A DNA stretch of 63,861 bases. Source: Alphaproteobacteria bacterium. Lineage in GTDB: Bacteria > Pseudomonadota > Alphaproteobacteria > GCA-2731375. Both the position numbers and the translations under genes were made by a program. The stretch spans positions 1 through 63,861 of the forward strand of contig JBGTSP010000002.1 of NCBI GenBank assembly GCA_041940205.1, written 5' to 3'. Of this stretch, positions 9,645 through 18,723 are shown piece by piece (the first letter of the stretch is position 1; every line of letters starts with the position of its first letter). The notes under the pieces are model-generated. The model ran no database searches, was not told the origin of the DNA, and saw only the letters and a list, made by a program, of their open reading frames with translations.

Positions 9645-10268
9645 ATGACCAACATCAAATGGTGGCAGGTAAAGAATCAGAATCTGGCGGTTGCCACGAG
9701 AAAAGCAGGTTTTGACTTGGCCATCTATGATCAATATTCCAAGTCTGCGCAGAAGGAATTAAGAAAAAAATCAATCAGTGAAAGTGTGGAGATGCTGAAA
9801 GATGGATTCCATGAAGAGTCTAAAAAGAAATTGTCAGAATTGAAAAAGGGTGTTTATGCAATATGTGTTTCCTCTCCATTCACTATTAATTATGAATTAA
9901 AGAAATCAAACATCATCTATATCGGACAAGGAAATGTACTCGGGCGTCTGAAAACTCATTTTGAACGAAGCCTTTTTGATTTCATGCAGAGCCTTTCTGG
10001 CGCCAATTTCGATTTCTACATCGCGGAGCCCCGGCGCAGGAACAGCCCGAATTTCTACAGGCATGTCGAGTTCCTGCTGTTGCAGGAGTTTGCGGAGAAA
10101 ATCAGGGGCGGAAACAGAAAATTCCCGCTTCTGAACTCAAACGCTTGCAGCGACCAGCGCATCGATGACGCCGGAACCGATTGGAAGAAACCGCTGGAAA
10201 CACGCGGCAGACGGCCTCGCTGGATTCTGGAACCCTCGAAGATGGATCAGTTCAAACGTCTCGACTGA
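9645..10268 (+). CDS. hypothetical protein, possible GIY-YIG-like nuclease fold
   Basis: 207-aa ORF whose 5' two-thirds are clearly AT-rich. KKGVYAICV...NIIYIGQGNVLGRLKTHFE resembles GIY-(10-11)-YIG...R...H spacing. No other motif recognised. Confidence 0.35.
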   Translation: MTNIKWWQVKNQNLAVATRKAGFDLAIYDQYSKSAQKELRKKSISESVEMLKDGFHEESKKKLSELKKGVYAICVSSPFTINYELKKSNIIYIGQGNVLGRLKTHFERSLFDFMQSLSGANFDFYIAEPRRRNSPNFYRHVEFLLLQEFAEKIRGGNRKFPLLNSNACSDQRIDDAGTDWKKPLETRGRRPRWILEPSKMDQFKRLD

Positions 10269-10426
10269 TGTGGCCCGTTTTCTGTCGGTCGTGCGGCAAG
10301 GTCTGGATATCGATTGAACCCGCAACCCTTTGAAGTTGCGGAAAGCAGGCTCGACGATCCGAAGCCGTGCAGCCTGAAATTCACTAAACGACACAGGGTG
10401 TGAAATTCGAAGCGGAGGGGTGGTTG

Positions 10427-13030
10427 ATGTTCGAGATTGCCGACGAACTGGTTGCAACCCTGAACCTGCATGTCATCGAGACGGTCGACGTGCCGGCGAG
10501 AGCCGAACGGCGGGACCAGCTTCCCGACATCTTGCGCAAGGGTCCCCTGTCTTCGGTCCTTGCAAGGCTTGGGATCGACGACGGGACGGTCTGGGCGCAC
10601 CAGGCGTCAGCGTTGGACCACCTGGTGAACGGCAGGAATACCGTGGTGGCGACGGGAACAGCCTCGGGAAAATCCCTGGTCTTCCAGCTCCTGACCTTGC
10701 ATCGCGTACTCGAGAACCCGGATGCACGGGTTCTGATCTTCTATCCGCTGAAGGCACTGGCAGCCGATCAGCACGAACGCTGGCTGCGCATGGCCGCGAT
10801 GGCCGGGCTTGGCGAAGACGCCGTAGCCCGCATCGATGGCGACATGCTGACGGCGGAGCGGGGAAACGCGCTCGACACCGCGCGGATCGTCCTGATGACG
10901 CCGGACGTCTGCCAGGCCTGGTTGATGCGCCACGTGGGCAACAGCGTCGTGCGGCGTTTCTTCGATCACCTGGCCCTGCTCGTGCTCGACGAGGCGCATG
11001 TCTACGAATCCGTGTTCGGAAGCAATGTCGCCTTCCTGTTGCGCCGGATGATCGCCGCCAAGCGGCGCGCCAGCCGGGGCGATGGCGGGAAACCCCGGCT
11101 GCAGGTGATCGCGACCACGGCGACAATCAAGGATGCGGCAGAGCATCTCGCGGCTCTCACGGGCCTGAACTACGCCGTGGTCGACGAGGATCAGAACGGC
11201 GCACCGAGACAGCCGCTGCGAATCCTGCACGTCGATGGCGCGGAGTATGGAAGCGCCGGTGAAACCGCGGTCGGTGACCTGGCAAGGGGTATCTGCGAGC
11301 TCTCGGATCGCCGGCGGTTCATTGCCTTTCTCGATTCCCGGCAAGGCGTGGAACGAACCGTTCGCGAGCTGGATCGGCCGGAGGTTCTGCCCTACCGCAG
11401 TGGCTACGAAGCGCAGGATCGCACCGGGATAGAGACGTCGCTCCGCTCGGGGGATCTGCACGGGGTGATTGCGACGTCCGCGCTGGAACTGGGCATCGAC
11501 ATCGCCGACATGGAGATCGGTATCAATCTGGGCGTGCCGCAATCCCGCAAATCCTTCAGGCAGCGCATCGGTCGCGTCGGACGTGCCCGGCCAGGTGTGT
11601 TCTTCGTGATCGGCGGCCCCAATGCGTTCCGGCAGTACGGCGAAACATTCGCGGACTACTACAGGGGGTCGGTCGAGCCGTCCTATCTCTATCTCGGCAA
11701 TCGCTTCATCCAGTTCGCCCATGCCCGCTGCCTGTTCGAAGAACTCGAAGTTCTCGGCGCGGAAAAATCCTCGCCACCGGCCGGGGTGGGCTGGCCCGAG
11801 ACCTTCGGCGACATCATGGGCTACGCGCGCCCGGGAGGCGGACGCCCGCGGGAGTTCGACTTCATCGCCCAGCTTGGCGCGGATACCCCGCACTTCAACT
11901 ACCCGTTGCGCCAGGTGGGCGAGGCGGTCTTCCAGCTCAAGGAGGGCGGTCGTGACATGGGGCGGCAGATCGGGAACATCTCTGCCAATCAGGCCATCCG
12001 CGAGGCCTATCCGGGAGCGACCTACCTGCATCTCGGCCGTCCGTACAAGGTCCAGGAATGGAGCTACCGCTCCTACGACAGAACGATCCGGCTATCGGGA
12101 CTGAAGACCCCGGCGCCGACCCGCGGGATTCTCCGGAAGACGGTCACGCTCGATCTTTCGACGGAAGGCATTGTCGGTGGGCGCATCAAGCAGGGCCCGA
12201 CCGGCCTCGTCGCCGAGGTTCACCTACAGGTCAACGAGAGCGTGATCGGCTACTCGATCGGCAACAAGACCTTTCTCTACAAGGATCTTCGCGCGGAGAA
12301 TCCCAACATGTCGCGCAAGCAGCGCGACTTCAGGACGACGGGCATCCTGGTGAAGATCGAGGAAGACTGGTTCTCGGGAACCAAGGGTCTCGTCCCCAAG
12401 GTGCGCGAACGGCTTGCCAACGGCATCCTTAAGCTGCTGTCGCGCGACCGGAGCATCTCGCCTCAGGATATCGACGCCACGCACACGAACATTGCCCTGA
12501 TGACCGAAGCCGGTCCGCGTCGCCTGACCGATGCCATCGTCATCTATGACAGCGTCTATGGCGGTCTTCGCCTGACTGAGGATCTTTTCGACGATATCGA
12601 CCGCTATGTCACCCAGCTCGACCGGGCGGCGGATCTCGCGGGAGATGATGCCCTGGTGTCCGAGGAGATCACCGACAGGTTGCAGACCTGGATCGATACC
12701 TTGAGCGAAGGCCAGGGGAATGCGGTACCCCATACAGAGGTGCCCGATGGTTGGTTCCAGATCTACAAGCCTGGAAGCGTCGTTTCGGTTCTCTTCAACG
12801 GCTCGCTCGTTGAACGCGAGCTGGTCGAGCCAACGATGATCGATCCGTTTCAATCCGGCACGCCGTCGCTGTTCTACAAGTATCGCAACAACGGCGCGGA
12901 GGGTTTCGTCGCCCACGAGCAGGTGCAGGCGACTGGAACCGACTGGTCATGGGCGCTCTGGTGTCCGGAGAGCGGCGAGCTTCAGGACATTGACGATGAA
13001 CTGGACGATGAGGGAACAAATCCCTCATGA
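10427..13030 (+). CDS. YprA/MrfA-like DEAD/DEAH-box SF2 helicase with a C-terminal DUF1998-like region
   Basis: Walker A VATGTASGKSLVF, DEAH LVLDEAHVYESVFGS, ATSALELGIDI and QRIGRVGR (motifs V/VI), and C-terminal VIYDSVYGGLRLTE typical of DUF1998 helicases. ATG at 10427 follows GGAGGGG. An upstream GTG at 10400 is also possible. Confidence 0.7.
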   Translation: MFEIADELVATLNLHVIETVDVPARAERRDQLPDILRKGPLSSVLARLGIDDGTVWAHQASALDHLVNGRNTVVATGTASGKSLVFQLLTLHRVLENPDARVLIFYPLKALAADQHERWLRMAAMAGLGEDAVARIDGDMLTAERGNALDTARIVLMTPDVCQAWLMRHVGNSVVRRFFDHLALLVLDEAHVYESVFGSNVAFLLRRMIAAKRRASRGDGGKPRLQVIATTATIKDAAEHLAALTGLNYAVVDEDQNGAPRQPLRILHVDGAEYGSAGETAVGDLARGICELSDRRRFIAFLDSRQGVERTVRELDRPEVLPYRSGYEAQDRTGIETSLRSGDLHGVIATSALELGIDIADMEIGINLGVPQSRKSFRQRIGRVGRARPGVFFVIGGPNAFRQYGETFADYYRGSVEPSYLYLGNRFIQFAHARCLFEELEVLGAEKSSPPAGVGWPETFGDIMGYARPGGGRPREFDFIAQLGADTPHFNYPLRQVGEAVFQLKEGGRDMGRQIGNISANQAIREAYPGATYLHLGRPYKVQEWSYRSYDRTIRLSGLKTPAPTRGILRKTVTLDLSTEGIVGGRIKQGPTGLVAEVHLQVNESVIGYSIGNKTFLYKDLRAENPNMSRKQRDFRTTGILVKIEEDWFSGTKGLVPKVRERLANGILKLLSRDRSISPQDIDATHTNIALMTEAGPRRLTDAIVIYDSVYGGLRLTEDLFDDIDRYVTQLDRAADLAGDDALVSEEITDRLQTWIDTLSEGQGNAVPHTEVPDGWFQIYKPGSVVSVLFNGSLVERELVEPTMIDPFQSGTPSLFYKYRNNGAEGFVAHEQVQATGTDWSWALWCPESGELQDIDDELDDEGTNPS

Positions 13031-13188
13031 GTGCCGACAATATTGAGCCCGTTGGTTGTGCTGCCCATCCTGTACCGGTGGACGGGGGGATCATGATCGG
13101 CGAGGGGGTGAACCGTTCAACCTCAGGGGCGGAGGGGGCGGTCGAAGATCCGTCCATGAACATTCGACAGTTCTTTCCGCGCTGACCG

Positions 13189-15252
13189 ATGAATTTCCGT
13201 ATCGCCGATACTTTCACCAGGAGCCTGGAACGGCTCCAGGGTCAAGAGCAGAAGGCCGTGAAGATCACGGCCATGGATCTGCAGTTTGATCCCTCCAGCC
13301 CGGGGCTGAAGTTCCATCGGGTCGATCGCTCGAAAGACTCCAACTTCTGGTCACTCCGGGTCAATCGTGACCTGCGCATCATCGTTCACAAGACCGAGGC
13401 CGACATCTTGCTCTGTTATGTCGGGCATCATGACGAGGCCTACGCCTGGGCCGAACGGCGGCGGATCGAACGGCATCCGCGTACCGGTGCGGCCCAGCTC
13501 GTGGAACTGCGCGAGGTCGTCGAGGCGGTTGCACCGACGCAGCCGGCCGCATCGACCGTGATTTCGGGCTGGTCGGACGCGAGATTTCCATTCGGGAACC
13601 TGTCCGATGACGAGCTGCTGGATCATGGTGTGCCGCATGACTGGATCGAGGCCGTGCGAATGGCCAGCGAAGACGATCTGTTCGCACTCGCTGAACATCT
13701 GCCGCAGGAAGCTGCCGAAGCCCTGCTCGACATCGCCGTCGGTGAAACACCCGCGCCGGTGGCCGCGAACTTCGTGCAGGCAGACATGTTCGATCATCCC
13801 GATGCGGCGCGTCGTTTTCGCATTCTCGAGAATGTCGAAGAACTGGAACGTGCCTTCGATGCGCCCTGGGAGCGCTGGACGCTGTTCCTGCACCCCGCTC
13901 AGCGACGGCATGCCACGGCCGACTACAATGGTCCGGCGCGGGTGGCTGGCTCGGCCGGCACCGGCAAGACGGTCGTCGCTCTGCATCGTGCGGTTCACCT
14001 GGCCCGTCGTTCGCCCGACGCCAATGTTCTGCTCGCCACGTTCTCGCGTCCCCTGTCACGCCTGTTGTCGCTCAAGCTGGCGCGGCTTGCCGGAGAAGAG
14101 GCCGCCCGTATTCACGTCGCCGCCCTTCCGGACCTTGCGCAAGCGCAGTACCAGGAACTCATCGGAGATGCCCGGATCGCCGGGGACGCGCGGATCAGGA
14201 GCCTGATCGCGGAATCGTCGGCGGCATTGGAAGGCCTGTCGGCCCGCTTCCTGTGGACCGAATGGCGCGATGTCGTCGATCCCTGGCAGGTGCGCGATGA
14301 GTCCGCCTACATGAGTGTGCCCCGCCTCGGCCGCCGGACACGGCTTGGCGCGCGCCAGCGGGCCGCGGCCTGGCGGGTCTTCGCCAGCGTGCGTGCAGGC
14401 CTGGGCGAAGAAGATCTTCTGACCCGCGCAGACATGTTCGCCTTGCTTACCGAACGCCTGGCCGCGGGCGAAGGTCGCCGGTGGAATGCGGCCGTGATCG
14501 ACGAGGCACAGGATCTCGGCGTGGCTGAACTCCGCTGGCTTGCGGCGCTGGCCGGCGGCCGTTCCAACGGCCTGTTCTTCGCGGGCGATCTGGGGCAGCG
14601 CATCTTCCGCGCGCCGTTCTCTTGGAAGTCCCTGGGCATCGACGTGCGCGGGCGTTCGCATACCCTGAAGGTGAACTACCGCACCTCGCACCAGATCCGT
14701 CGTCAGGCCGACCGGTTGTTGCCAGAGGAACTCAGCGACATCGATGGCAATGCCGAGCGGCGCAAAGGCACCGTTTCGGTCTTTGACGGCCCGTCGCCGG
14801 AGATCCGACTGTTCGAATACGAAGCGTCGGAGATTGCCGATGTGGGAGCATGGCTGTCCGGGCTCGTCGAGACCGGCCTGACGCCGGAGGAATGCAGTGT
14901 CTTCGTTCGCACGGCGGCTGCCCTGCCCAGGGCGCATGCGGCAATCGCGGCGGCCGGTTTTGACTTCGCGAATCCCGGTGACGATCCCGAGTCCTCTTCG
15001 GGGCGGATCATTGCGGGCACCATGCACGACGCAAAGGGTCTCGAATTCCGGGCGGTGGCGGTGATGGCCTGCGATGACGAGGTCCTGCCCCTGCAGGCGC
15101 GTATCGAGGACGTCGCCGATGAATCCGATCTGGAAGAGGTCTACGCCACCGAGCGCCACCTGCTCTATGTCGCCTGCACCCGGGCACGCGAGCATCTGCG
15201 GGTATCTGGCGTCGCCCCGGGCTCGGAGTTTCTTGATGATCTGGAAGGCTGA
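13189..15252 (+). CDS. UvrD/PcrA-like SF1 helicase with an N-terminal RelE/ParE-like region
   Basis: Walker A GSAGTGKTVVALHRAV, AVIDEAQDLG, GTMHDAKGLEFRAV and LLYVACTRAREHL (UvrD_C). The first ~95 aa contain FWSLRVNRDLRIIVHK...LLCYVGHHDEAYAWA, reminiscent of RelE/ParE toxins. Confidence 0.7.
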   Translation: MNFRIADTFTRSLERLQGQEQKAVKITAMDLQFDPSSPGLKFHRVDRSKDSNFWSLRVNRDLRIIVHKTEADILLCYVGHHDEAYAWAERRRIERHPRTGAAQLVELREVVEAVAPTQPAASTVISGWSDARFPFGNLSDDELLDHGVPHDWIEAVRMASEDDLFALAEHLPQEAAEALLDIAVGETPAPVAANFVQADMFDHPDAARRFRILENVEELERAFDAPWERWTLFLHPAQRRHATADYNGPARVAGSAGTGKTVVALHRAVHLARRSPDANVLLATFSRPLSRLLSLKLARLAGEEAARIHVAALPDLAQAQYQELIGDARIAGDARIRSLIAESSAALEGLSARFLWTEWRDVVDPWQVRDESAYMSVPRLGRRTRLGARQRAAAWRVFASVRAGLGEEDLLTRADMFALLTERLAAGEGRRWNAAVIDEAQDLGVAELRWLAALAGGRSNGLFFAGDLGQRIFRAPFSWKSLGIDVRGRSHTLKVNYRTSHQIRRQADRLLPEELSDIDGNAERRKGTVSVFDGPSPEIRLFEYEASEIADVGAWLSGLVETGLTPEECSVFVRTAAALPRAHAAIAAAGFDFANPGDDPESSSGRIIAGTMHDAKGLEFRAVAVMACDDEVLPLQARIEDVADESDLEEVYATERHLLYVACTRAREHLRVSGVAPGSEFLDDLEG

Positions 15253-16109
15253 TGACGGACGAGGATGATGTTCGCAACCTGATCGGGCGGTTCGATCGGG
15301 AGGTTGTCGTGGATCTGGCGATCCCGGTCGATGGCGGTACGGATCCGCTCTGGCCGAGATTTGAGCGGAGTGCGCTGAACCAGATATCGGATGGCACGGC
15401 GACGCTGTCACGCTATGCGATCTGGGCGAACACCGTTCGCAACAACCTGCTCATGGCGCTCGATGCGATGGCGCGGGGCGATGACGTTCCGGCACGGCGC
15501 CATCTGATCAGGTCGGCCAACAGCCTTGCGGCATTCTGTGAACTGCAGATGCGGATGTCGTCGACCGATGCGGATGACGGGACTGGCCATCGTACCGAAC
15601 GTGGGCTGTTGCGCGCGCCGGCAAGGGAGGACCTTCGGCACCATGCCGACGGCGAACTCGATGAGCGGATCGACGAGCTGGAAAGCGGCGATGCGATCGG
15701 TACGGCAGAGCATCTCGCATTGCTGGAAGAACGCGCGCGGCGGAGTTCAACCGTGCTCGATGTCGAGCGCTCCCTCGCCCAACTCGTGAAGGCTGCCCGC
15801 GACGGCAGGTTCACGACCTATGGGGCGCTGGCCGAGGCGAACGGTATTGAATGGAAGCGCGCGCGACCCCTGATGATTGGCAAGAACGGCCATCTGGATC
15901 GACTGATCGATGTCTGTCACGCCAGAGGCCTGCCCTACCTGACCGCAATCTGCGTCAACAAGGAGAACGTCGATACAGGCGGGCTGTCCGACAAGGCGCT
16001 TGAAGGGTTCATCGCCTGCATTCGCCGACTGCGGGTGCCGGTGCTCGACGAACGCAAGTACCTGGAAGATTGCCAGGTCGCCTGTTTCGAGTGGGGTCGA
16101 AATCGCTGA
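15252..16109 (+). CDS. hypothetical protein coupled to the UvrD-like helicase
   Basis: The start overlaps the helicase stop (TGATG). The C-terminal RFTTYGALAEANGI...LTAICVNK faintly recalls MGMT/ATL-type winged-helix domains. No firm motif. Confidence 0.45.
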   Translation: MTDEDDVRNLIGRFDREVVVDLAIPVDGGTDPLWPRFERSALNQISDGTATLSRYAIWANTVRNNLLMALDAMARGDDVPARRHLIRSANSLAAFCELQMRMSSTDADDGTGHRTERGLLRAPAREDLRHHADGELDERIDELESGDAIGTAEHLALLEERARRSSTVLDVERSLAQLVKAARDGRFTTYGALAEANGIEWKRARPLMIGKNGHLDRLIDVCHARGLPYLTAICVNKENVDTGGLSDKALEGFIACIRRLRVPVLDERKYLEDCQVACFEWGRNR

Positions 16110-16216
16110 GCGTCGGTGCAGATCTCGACAGCATTGACCGCGATCCCTTCCACCGTTGTCGAAGGTTCCAATAACCGGATCTGGTGGAGACCGGCCATCC
16201 GCCACGGGAGCAACCC

Positions 16217-17575
16217 TCAGGGGAACAGGCGGTCGAGGCCTTCGATGATCGATCGGTTTCTGGACTTCAACAGATGGAACGGCGTCAGGTATCGGTGATC
16301 GTCGATGATCAGGGTTCGCGGTACCTCGTCCGCGTCTCGCAGGGACGCTATGGGATCGGACAGAGTCCAGGGGCCGTACAACTGCTTGCTGCTGAGCAAC
16401 ACAGCGATGTTCCTCCGTCCTTCGAGGATCAGGGCGGCCCGAGCCGTCGACGAGCGCGGCCGGGACCAGGCGAGTTGCAGGGGCAGGGGCCTCAGGACCG
16501 CCGGCGAGGTTCCGGGCGGGAGACCGGGCATCGCCCGAACCAGGCGTCGTGTTGCAAGCAGTCTGGCCCTCAGGATCGTGCCGCCATGCAGACGCTGCCG
16601 GACCTCCGTGGCCAGATCGGCGTCGTTGGCGGTGCTCCCACCGACGAGCGTGCTGTCGAAGAAGAGCGTGCAGGCAAAGTCCGCCTTCCAGCGCTCGACA
16701 AGCTCGATGGTTTCCGGACTCAGGTCGGATTCGGCCTCTTCATCGAGTACCTTCAGGACGAAATCGAGCAAAGGCAGACGCGGACGTCCATCACAGAACG
16801 GATCCTCGAGCCACGGTGAGAGGAGATAGTCGAGCACGCTCCAGTCGGACCCGCGCTTTTCCTCCCCGATCTGCGCCGTGAGCACGCCGAGCACGTTCGA
16901 CATCTCCTGATCCGACGTCCCCGCGTGCCGAGCCAGATCGGCAACCCAGACACACAAGCGTCTGGTCACGGCATCGACGAACTTCCAGCGGCCTGCTCGT
17001 GCTTCAGCGCTCGCAAGAATGTCGGTAAACCGGGAGAAGGCTTCTGGCTGATCGACAGCGGCTCGCGTCGTCATCGCAATGCCGGCGCCTGGCTCGAACA
17101 ATCCCAGCAACTGGTGCAGATCACGCCAGATGTCGAGCGCGGGATGTTGCGAGCGATTCAGGATCGTCGAGATCCATCGCGCCGCTTCGGCCTGGTCGCG
17201 TCTTCCGGGCTCGAAGTCCCTCAGGTAGCTGGTGATCAATCGAAGCAGCCCCCGCGCGCCATCTTGCCGTTCGAGGTGTTCACCGCATTGCCGCACCAGT
17301 GCGACGGAATTCTCATCGTCTTGCTGATGCTGCCAGATCACGCTCGGCAGAAACGCCCAGTCCACAGCGGAGAGGACATCGTTCGAGGATCGGTGGCGGG
17401 CTGCACGCAACCTGGCGCGCACCTGCAGAATGTTCGGATCATCTGGTGAATCGAAGATCAGACACTGTGCCCTCTGCATTCGTCGCGCCGTCGCTGACAA
17501 TTCGTTCAAAGGCCCACCGGGCCGAAACAGATCCAGTTTCTGATCGAGACCAGCGAGAGTGGCGCGGGCGCTCAT
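16217..17575 (-). CDS. hypothetical protein, third gene of the MotAB-like module
   Basis: ATG at 17575 lies 10 nt downstream of the MotB-like stop (17586). 452 aa, helical-looking, no recognisable motif. The longer ORF start at 17704 would overlap the upstream gene. Confidence 0.5.
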   Translation of the reverse strand: MSARATLAGLDQKLDLFRPGGPLNELSATARRMQRAQCLIFDSPDDPNILQVRARLRAARHRSSNDVLSAVDWAFLPSVIWQHQQDDENSVALVRQCGEHLERQDGARGLLRLITSYLRDFEPGRRDQAEAARWISTILNRSQHPALDIWRDLHQLLGLFEPGAGIAMTTRAAVDQPEAFSRFTDILASAEARAGRWKFVDAVTRRLCVWVADLARHAGTSDQEMSNVLGVLTAQIGEEKRGSDWSVLDYLLSPWLEDPFCDGRPRLPLLDFVLKVLDEEAESDLSPETIELVERWKADFACTLFFDSTLVGGSTANDADLATEVRQRLHGGTILRARLLATRRLVRAMPGLPPGTSPAVLRPLPLQLAWSRPRSSTARAALILEGRRNIAVLLSSKQLYGPWTLSDPIASLRDADEVPRTLIIDDHRYLTPFHLLKSRNRSIIEGLDRLFP

Positions 17576-17585
17576 GTCGACCTGC

Positions 17586-18719
17586 CTAGCGCTGTCCGGA
17601 AGGCTCGAGCCCGGGCGTGGCCACGAGAAAGCGGAAGTCGATCCGTCTGTTCTGCGCCCGTATGGCGCGTCCCTGTCCGGAAGCTGCCGGGCGGCTGTCG
17701 GCATAGGCGCTCAGGCCGAACAGCGGTTGTCCACGGCTGTTGACCAGACGGTTCAGGTTCGGTTCGGCCTGCAGCAGAGAGCGATAGGTCGTTGCCGAGC
17801 GCAGGGCCGACAGTTCCCAGTTGTCGCGGTACCGGCTGCTGCCGCGTCGAACCGGCTGGTCGTCGGTGTGGCCTTCGACATAGATCGCTTCAAGGGCATT
17901 GGCGGTCGCCGGATTGCAGTCGTTCGATGAGGGGGCCAGGCGTCTGTCCGTATAGCAGGGCAGCAGTTCGACAAGGATGCGGGCGACCGATCCCAGGACG
18001 ACACGCCCGGCCGGCTTCATCTCCGGCTCACCGCTATCGAACAGCAACCGTTCCTTCATCCGCAGGACCGTTCCTGAGACGACAAGGTCGTCATCGGACA
18101 CGTCGAGCTCCTGCCGCAACCGCGCCACGACTTGCAGCAGAAGTCTTCTGGTTGAACTGAAGTTCTGCCGCAGCGCCTTGTCCAGCCGGGTCAACTCTCG
18201 CTTTGTCGCGTTCAACTCGCGTTCGGTTTCCGCGGCTTCCCTGGCAATCCTCTCCCGCTCGCTGGCGTCCTGATCCAGCATGTACCTGAGTTCGATCACC
18301 CTGCCTGTCAGATCGGCCAGCTCGTCGAGCAGTCGCTGACGATCGGCCTGCACCTCCCGGGACTCCGATTGTGTGGCATCGAGCCGGCCGTAGAGTTGAT
18401 CGATCAACTCTCTCTGACTCGCCACGCGCTCCAGCAGTTTCTGCAGACGCAGATTCAGCCGGGCATTCTCCCTCTCCAGGTCGCTCGCCTGAAGATTGAG
18501 GGCAGCTCTGAGTTGCGCTGCCTGTTTCCGCTCGGCCTCGAGAGCATCCAGCTTTTCTGCATAGAGATTGAAATCATACCAGTACGAAATCGCCATCGTG
18601 CCGAACAGGATGATGAATATGAACAATATGCCAATGAAGAGGTCGGAAAGCGGCAGGAACAGAGTATCGCCACCGCCAATGGCGGTAGCATCGTTCAATC
18701 TGTCCCGTTTTCTTATCAT
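17586..18719 (-). CDS. MotB/OmpA-like protein: N-terminal TM with preceding Asp, long coiled coil, C-terminal OmpA-type peptidoglycan-binding domain
   Basis: LPLSDLFIGILFIFIILFGTMAI (Asp before the TM, as in MotB/ExbD). About 200 aa of heptad-like ERxxA/LxxL sequence. C-terminal GHTDDQPV...NWELSALRSATTYRSLL...NRRIDFRF (OmpA_C signature). ATG at 18719 lies 4 nt after the upstream stop. Confidence 0.7.
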   Translation of the reverse strand: MIRKRDRLNDATAIGGGDTLFLPLSDLFIGILFIFIILFGTMAISYWYDFNLYAEKLDALEAERKQAAQLRAALNLQASDLERENARLNLRLQKLLERVASQRELIDQLYGRLDATQSESREVQADRQRLLDELADLTGRVIELRYMLDQDASERERIAREAAETERELNATKRELTRLDKALRQNFSSTRRLLLQVVARLRQELDVSDDDLVVSGTVLRMKERLLFDSGEPEMKPAGRVVLGSVARILVELLPCYTDRRLAPSSNDCNPATANALEAIYVEGHTDDQPVRRGSSRYRDNWELSALRSATTYRSLLQAEPNLNRLVNSRGQPLFGLSAYADSRPAASGQGRAIRAQNRRIDFRFLVATPGLEPSGQR

Positions 18720-18723
18720 GCGT

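Noticed and set aside
10320-10341. Hairpin CCGCAAC-N8-GTTGCGG upstream of the YprA-like helicase as a terminator or riboswitch element
   Set aside because: No following T-run and no further conserved structure are visible. It is probably incidental.
1829-16109. Classifying the methylase plus helicases block as DISARM or BREX
   Set aside because: No PLD nuclease, SNF2 helicase, separate DUF1998 gene, PglZ or PglX-type components are visible. The res/mod pair has standard Type III motifs, so the simpler reading is R-M plus independent helicase modules.
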